From Yuukianura sp. NJ FZ-2021 (Eukaryota): a stretch of 64,000 nt of DNA. The notes beneath the pieces were generated by a model, which worked only from the letters and a program-made list of their open reading frames with translations, did no database searches and had not been told where the DNA came from. Of the stretch, positions 59,990 through 64,000 are shown piece by piece. The stretch spans positions 1,178,001 through 1,242,000 of the forward strand of contig CM102286.1 in assembly GCA_046563655.1 (NCBI GenBank), in the 5' to 3' direction. Position numbers and translations under genes: made by a program. Each line of letters begins with the position of its first letter. Within the stretch, counting starts at the first letter, position 1.

Positions 59990-62900
59990 CTATCCGTTAC
60001 TTCGCGTGGAATTGACAGGCAATGAAAGTTGAGTGACAAAATAGTTGGTTGGATCCCATTTCGTTTTTTGTTGAATCAATCTGTTCAAATTTTCACCGTA
60101 ATATCGAACATGATTATCCGAGATATCCAAATCAGGACTATTTTGATACGATTGACCTCCGTCCATGAATTGAATAGTGTCCCACAGTTCATACAGATAT
60201 TTCATTCCTTCTTCAACTTGCTCAGGATCAGAAGAACCTTCGTAGTTAATCGTAATGACCCAAAGCGAGTCTCGGTGGACAAAAGCTGTTTCGTTTTTTC
60301 GAATTTTTTGAATTGCTCCAATTTCAGTGCCACACAAAATCCAAATATTTCTGTTTGGAATTTTCTGCAGAACTTGAGCAACTTGTTGCAGTTGAGCCAT
60401 TGTGAAAAATCTTTTGATAAAAAATGATTTTGCTTTGAAGTAGCGCAGAGCAGCATTTTCTTTGCGCAGACTCTTTAGAAATGCGATTCTCTCGGCGTCT
60501 GGTTGTGAACGAAAGGCGCGAGTTCTCAAAACGAGGTCAGCGGGTGACAAAATGCTGGTTTGATTTTGAAATGGATTTGGCGGTTTTACGGTAATTGGCG
60601 AATTGCCGGTCAAATCTACAAATTGAATGAAATTTGGAAAAGTAGTTGAGGAACTAACTGGTGGCGGGAAAGTTTCAAACAAGATTTTCAAAAATGTTGA
60701 GTTTCCTTTTGGTTGAATTTTGGGATCTTGAATGTGCACAAAGCCAAAGGTAATACCGCCCCCAACTTCAGGGTTAGGTGACACGAGTCCATCTTTAACA
60801 AAGAGTTTAACAATGGATTCAACGTTAGAAAATTTTGAAAATGTCATTTTGAAATTCAAATTTTGAAAAAGTGGAACTTACCGCCTGCGAGGAAAATGTT
60901 CACATAAATGGGTTCATTGACCTTGCTCCATCGAATCATATTTTGTAAAGCGAGATACGTTGGAACAAAATCTTTGACGGCATAACTCATTCTCACAAAA
61001 GTAATTTTCATTTTGGTGGCATCGAATAATTTGAATTTGAATTTCGTCACGATTCCGATATACCCTGGACCACTTCCACGCAGAGCCCAAAACAAATCCG
61101 AATTCTGCCGCTCATTTGCCACCACAATTTGGCCACGCCCATCCACCATCTCAAATTCAACGGCATTGTCAATTGCCAAGCCATAATGTGCTGAGAATAA
61201 TCCCACGCCACCACCAATTGCATGACCACCCATCCCTACCGTCAAACAACTCCCGAGTGGTATCCCATAGCCACCATTTTCCCAAAAGTAAGCAAAAATA
61301 GGCCCCAGCAAAGCTCCCGGCTCCACCAGCCCCACCGCATTGGCCCCACTTCCCTCTACACTCATTTTCTGCATGTTCCTGAAGTCCACCACGAGAGTGT
61401 GGTTGGTGCCCCACCCAATGCTTTCGTAAGAGTGACCACCACTGTTCGGCACAACGTGAATCCTGGTCTGCAGTCCACATTTGACGGCAGTCGCCACGTC
61501 ATGCGCAGACGTCGGCAGCAAATAAGCCACTGGGTAAACTTTCTGTTTGCGCAGATTCCATTGGACGTTGAGGCGATTGTAACGGTTGGAACTGGAGTCA
61601 CGTGGAACGAATTTACTGCGCATGACTCCGTTTCTATTCAAACAGGTTTGATACATTCTCAGTCGACTAGTTTCCTGAAATGAAAACAATTAAATTCTTG
61701 GTTAACTGTGGTATTTCAAAATTATATGAAACTTTTTTCTGTTTTTTTTACCGTAGTTGCATTATGAGTTGGATTTCCGTAGTTCGGTTTCGGATTTGTG
61801 TAATTTCCAAAATGTAGTCCATGTCTTGCCGGTTTGTAAGCAAAATCGGTTACTTGTTGCACTGGCCCAGGAATTCCGTGATACTGCATTGCTTTAGCGT
61901 AGCTGATGTCGACTAGCATCATACTGTCCACATCACGCTGTGATCCGTCACGAATCATCTTGTGCGAAACTTCAAGAAGGCTAACATTTTTAGCATGTTT
62001 GCCACAAGCCATTATTTGCATTTCCGCTACACCCTGTGTAAACCACAATGAATTTTGGCAAATTTTAAAATGAATTTAAAAAACTTACTACAACCTAAAA
62101 CACTTACAGTTCTTGGTGTTTTTGGTTCTAGATTTCCAAAATTTGTTTGACAGTGTTGTAGGTCAGTCGTTTTTCGAAATCCGTACAACTTCCACCCGGT
62201 TTCGCACAAACGCAGCAACTCCCAAAAATGTTCGGTTTCCTAAAAAAAGAAACTTGTTTTAAATGCCGACAGACTAGGGAAAATCATAATGCAGCAAACT
62301 ACTTTCGCTACTTAATAACTGCGTTTTATCTAACTGGGTGACGAGTCGGTTTCACTTCATTTTCATAAGGGCGCCAACTTGTCGGAATTCCATTTTTGAA
62401 CTCCTGCGCAACCTGTTGACTTATCCAGTCGAAATCGTGCTCAACCGGAGTGTGACCAGGATCTTTGAGCCAAGCGTCGTAGTTCCAGGACTCCAGGAAA
62501 TCATCATGTTGAGCCATACCACTGCGTTTGAATCGCAAAGTGTGGTCGACATACACTGGATTATGTTGAGATTCAGTTGGAAATACAATGTGTTGCATGT
62601 CATAGGTCACCGGACACTGCCCAAGTATTGACCTCTCCTGGACAGAGTATTGCTGTGAAGTAGGATGTGCTTGAGTGATGCTGTTGGCACTTTCTGAAGC
62701 AGTGTTTGAATTTCCCAAGAAAGTGAACCTAGAAACTTGTGTTTTCTTTAAATTCAAAGCCCATTCGGGTAAGTTTGCTTGAACTTTCATAGAAACCGGT
62801 TGACCCAAACCATCCATCGTCACCTCCATCGGAGATTCAAGAAAACTTCGGATTCTGTCCGACATTTTCAACTCTCGATTCGCTCCATTCCGTTTTTGAT

Positions 62901-63331
62901 ACTCGAATATCCGAAAGTCTTGAGGCTAAGAATAAAAAACAGTTTTCCATAATTTATTAGAAATTTAGAAAATACTAAACATTCAAGCTTTTTAGTTTAA
63001 AAAGTCAAATGTCACTGACTTGTATGAGCAGCATGTTCTTCCCAACTGCCGTGACTTTTAGAAAATACTGCGCAGACGCTGTTTCTTCAATGCTATCATT
63101 CGGGAATCCAGGCGGCGACATGAAAGAATTGACGTCGCCATGTACTGCATAAGTGTACATCCGACCAAGGGCAAAGGAATTAGTTTGTGCTTCAGCGACA
63201 TTGAAGCTGTGCGCGTCTGAAATAACAAATTCAAAATTATTCTTACGGAATAGTTTAGACTTCTTGAACTTTTTGAAAATACAAAAAATATGCAACTTGC
63301 AAATGAAACAGAACACGATGAACTCCCGCAT
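59990..63331 (-). CDS. Vitellogenin_N-like domain fused to BBE-like FAD oxidase, copy E
   Basis: Same exon plan, with signal exon 63331-63301. Motifs NSGGHSYE, GSCLTVG and YQNSPDLD...KWDPTNYF. Confidence 0.82.
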
Positions 63332-64000
63332 TCTCGAATAGAGTAGAACAAAAATCAGCACAAACATCAACTTTTTATTTGTAAAACTCTTGAATGCGAA
63401 GCGAAGTGAAAATAGGAACTGATTTTGGTTCGGGGATTCTGCACACCAACTTATCCTTACTTAGTTTTCAATTTGAAACCTAGCCAAAATGTTCCTTTCG
63501 GTTTCACCTTACAGTGAAAAATTTAACACATTTGGCAATTAAAAAATACAAATCGAAAGCTTGTACTAATTACCAGAAAAAATGTTTATTTTTATGTTCA
63601 TGTAACGAAAGGAACAAAGTGAAAAGAATAGAAATTAACTTACGGAAAAGTCCATCAGTAAATCAAAAAATAACACAAAACTGATATCCATCCAAAAATT
63701 TCTTTAAAATTGGATTACGTACTACACAAATATTAGGCAAAATCTAACCCATGAATCATATGTGAAACGAATCGTATCATCTTCAAAGTGCTCAAGCGTG
63801 CAAACTACGTTAAGAGAGAGATTTTTCACACTTTTTAGTTTTTTGGTAAAATCATTTTTGTAGTTATTAATTTTGTAATTTGGAAGTACACAAAAAATCA
63901 TAATGAATGCCTGTGTGTTGTTACGCTTATAGATCAGAGGTCAGTAACCCCAATCCGTTGAAATTGAAAAAAAAAATACGCAGAACTACATCTGAAGATT
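62560..64000. repeat. Recent tandem segmental duplication: near-identical to about 58300-59750, including intergenic DNA
   Basis: The upstream non-coding sequence of copy E (63331-64000) closely matches that of copy D (59090-59750). The repeat unit is about 4.2 kb. Confidence 0.85.

Noticed and set aside
45120..61683. Recurrent plus-strand and alternative-frame ORFs over the oxidase genes (e.g. 46324-46722, 53147-53530, 57012-57470)
   Set aside because: They are shadows of the near-identical, GC-richer coding tracts; their recurrence reflects paralogy, not independent genes.
45072..63331. Microbial contamination as the source of the BBE-like genes
   Set aside because: The genes have spliceosomal introns matching the host style, are fused to animal-type LLTP exons and are contiguous with animal genes.

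Overview
AT-rich, intron-containing animal genomic DNA. The gene content looks arthropod and resembles springtails/basal hexapods, but that assignment is inference. In order along the window: (1) about 6 kb with no supportable gene; (2) a 9-exon DUSP12/YVH1-type dual-specificity phosphatase (+, 5996-15309) whose introns carry MITEs and a tRNA-derived element; (3) seven tandem two-exon multi-TM chemoreceptor-like genes plus a divergent eighth (-, 16.0-32.8 kb); (4) a 1.9 kb CCC...GGG EnSpm/CMC-like non-autonomous transposon with a nested Tc1/mariner MITE; (5) three tandem carboxypeptidase Q (M28) genes, one frameshifted; (6) an EF-hand gene and another chemoreceptor-like gene; (7) a five-copy tandem array (45.0-63.3 kb) of secreted berberine-bridge-enzyme (BBE)-like FAD oxidases. 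The standout is the last array. Four of the five copies appear to be spliced fusions of a vitellogenin/large-lipid-transfer-protein N-terminal beta-barrel to a bicovalent-flavin BBE-like oxidase, an enzyme family typical of plants, fungi and bacteria. The array also shows gene-conversion mosaicism, conserved GC-AG first introns, RFKR putative convertase sites and a perfect ecdysone-response-type palindrome. All exon structures were inferred by hand from splice signals and reading frame; no database searches were run.
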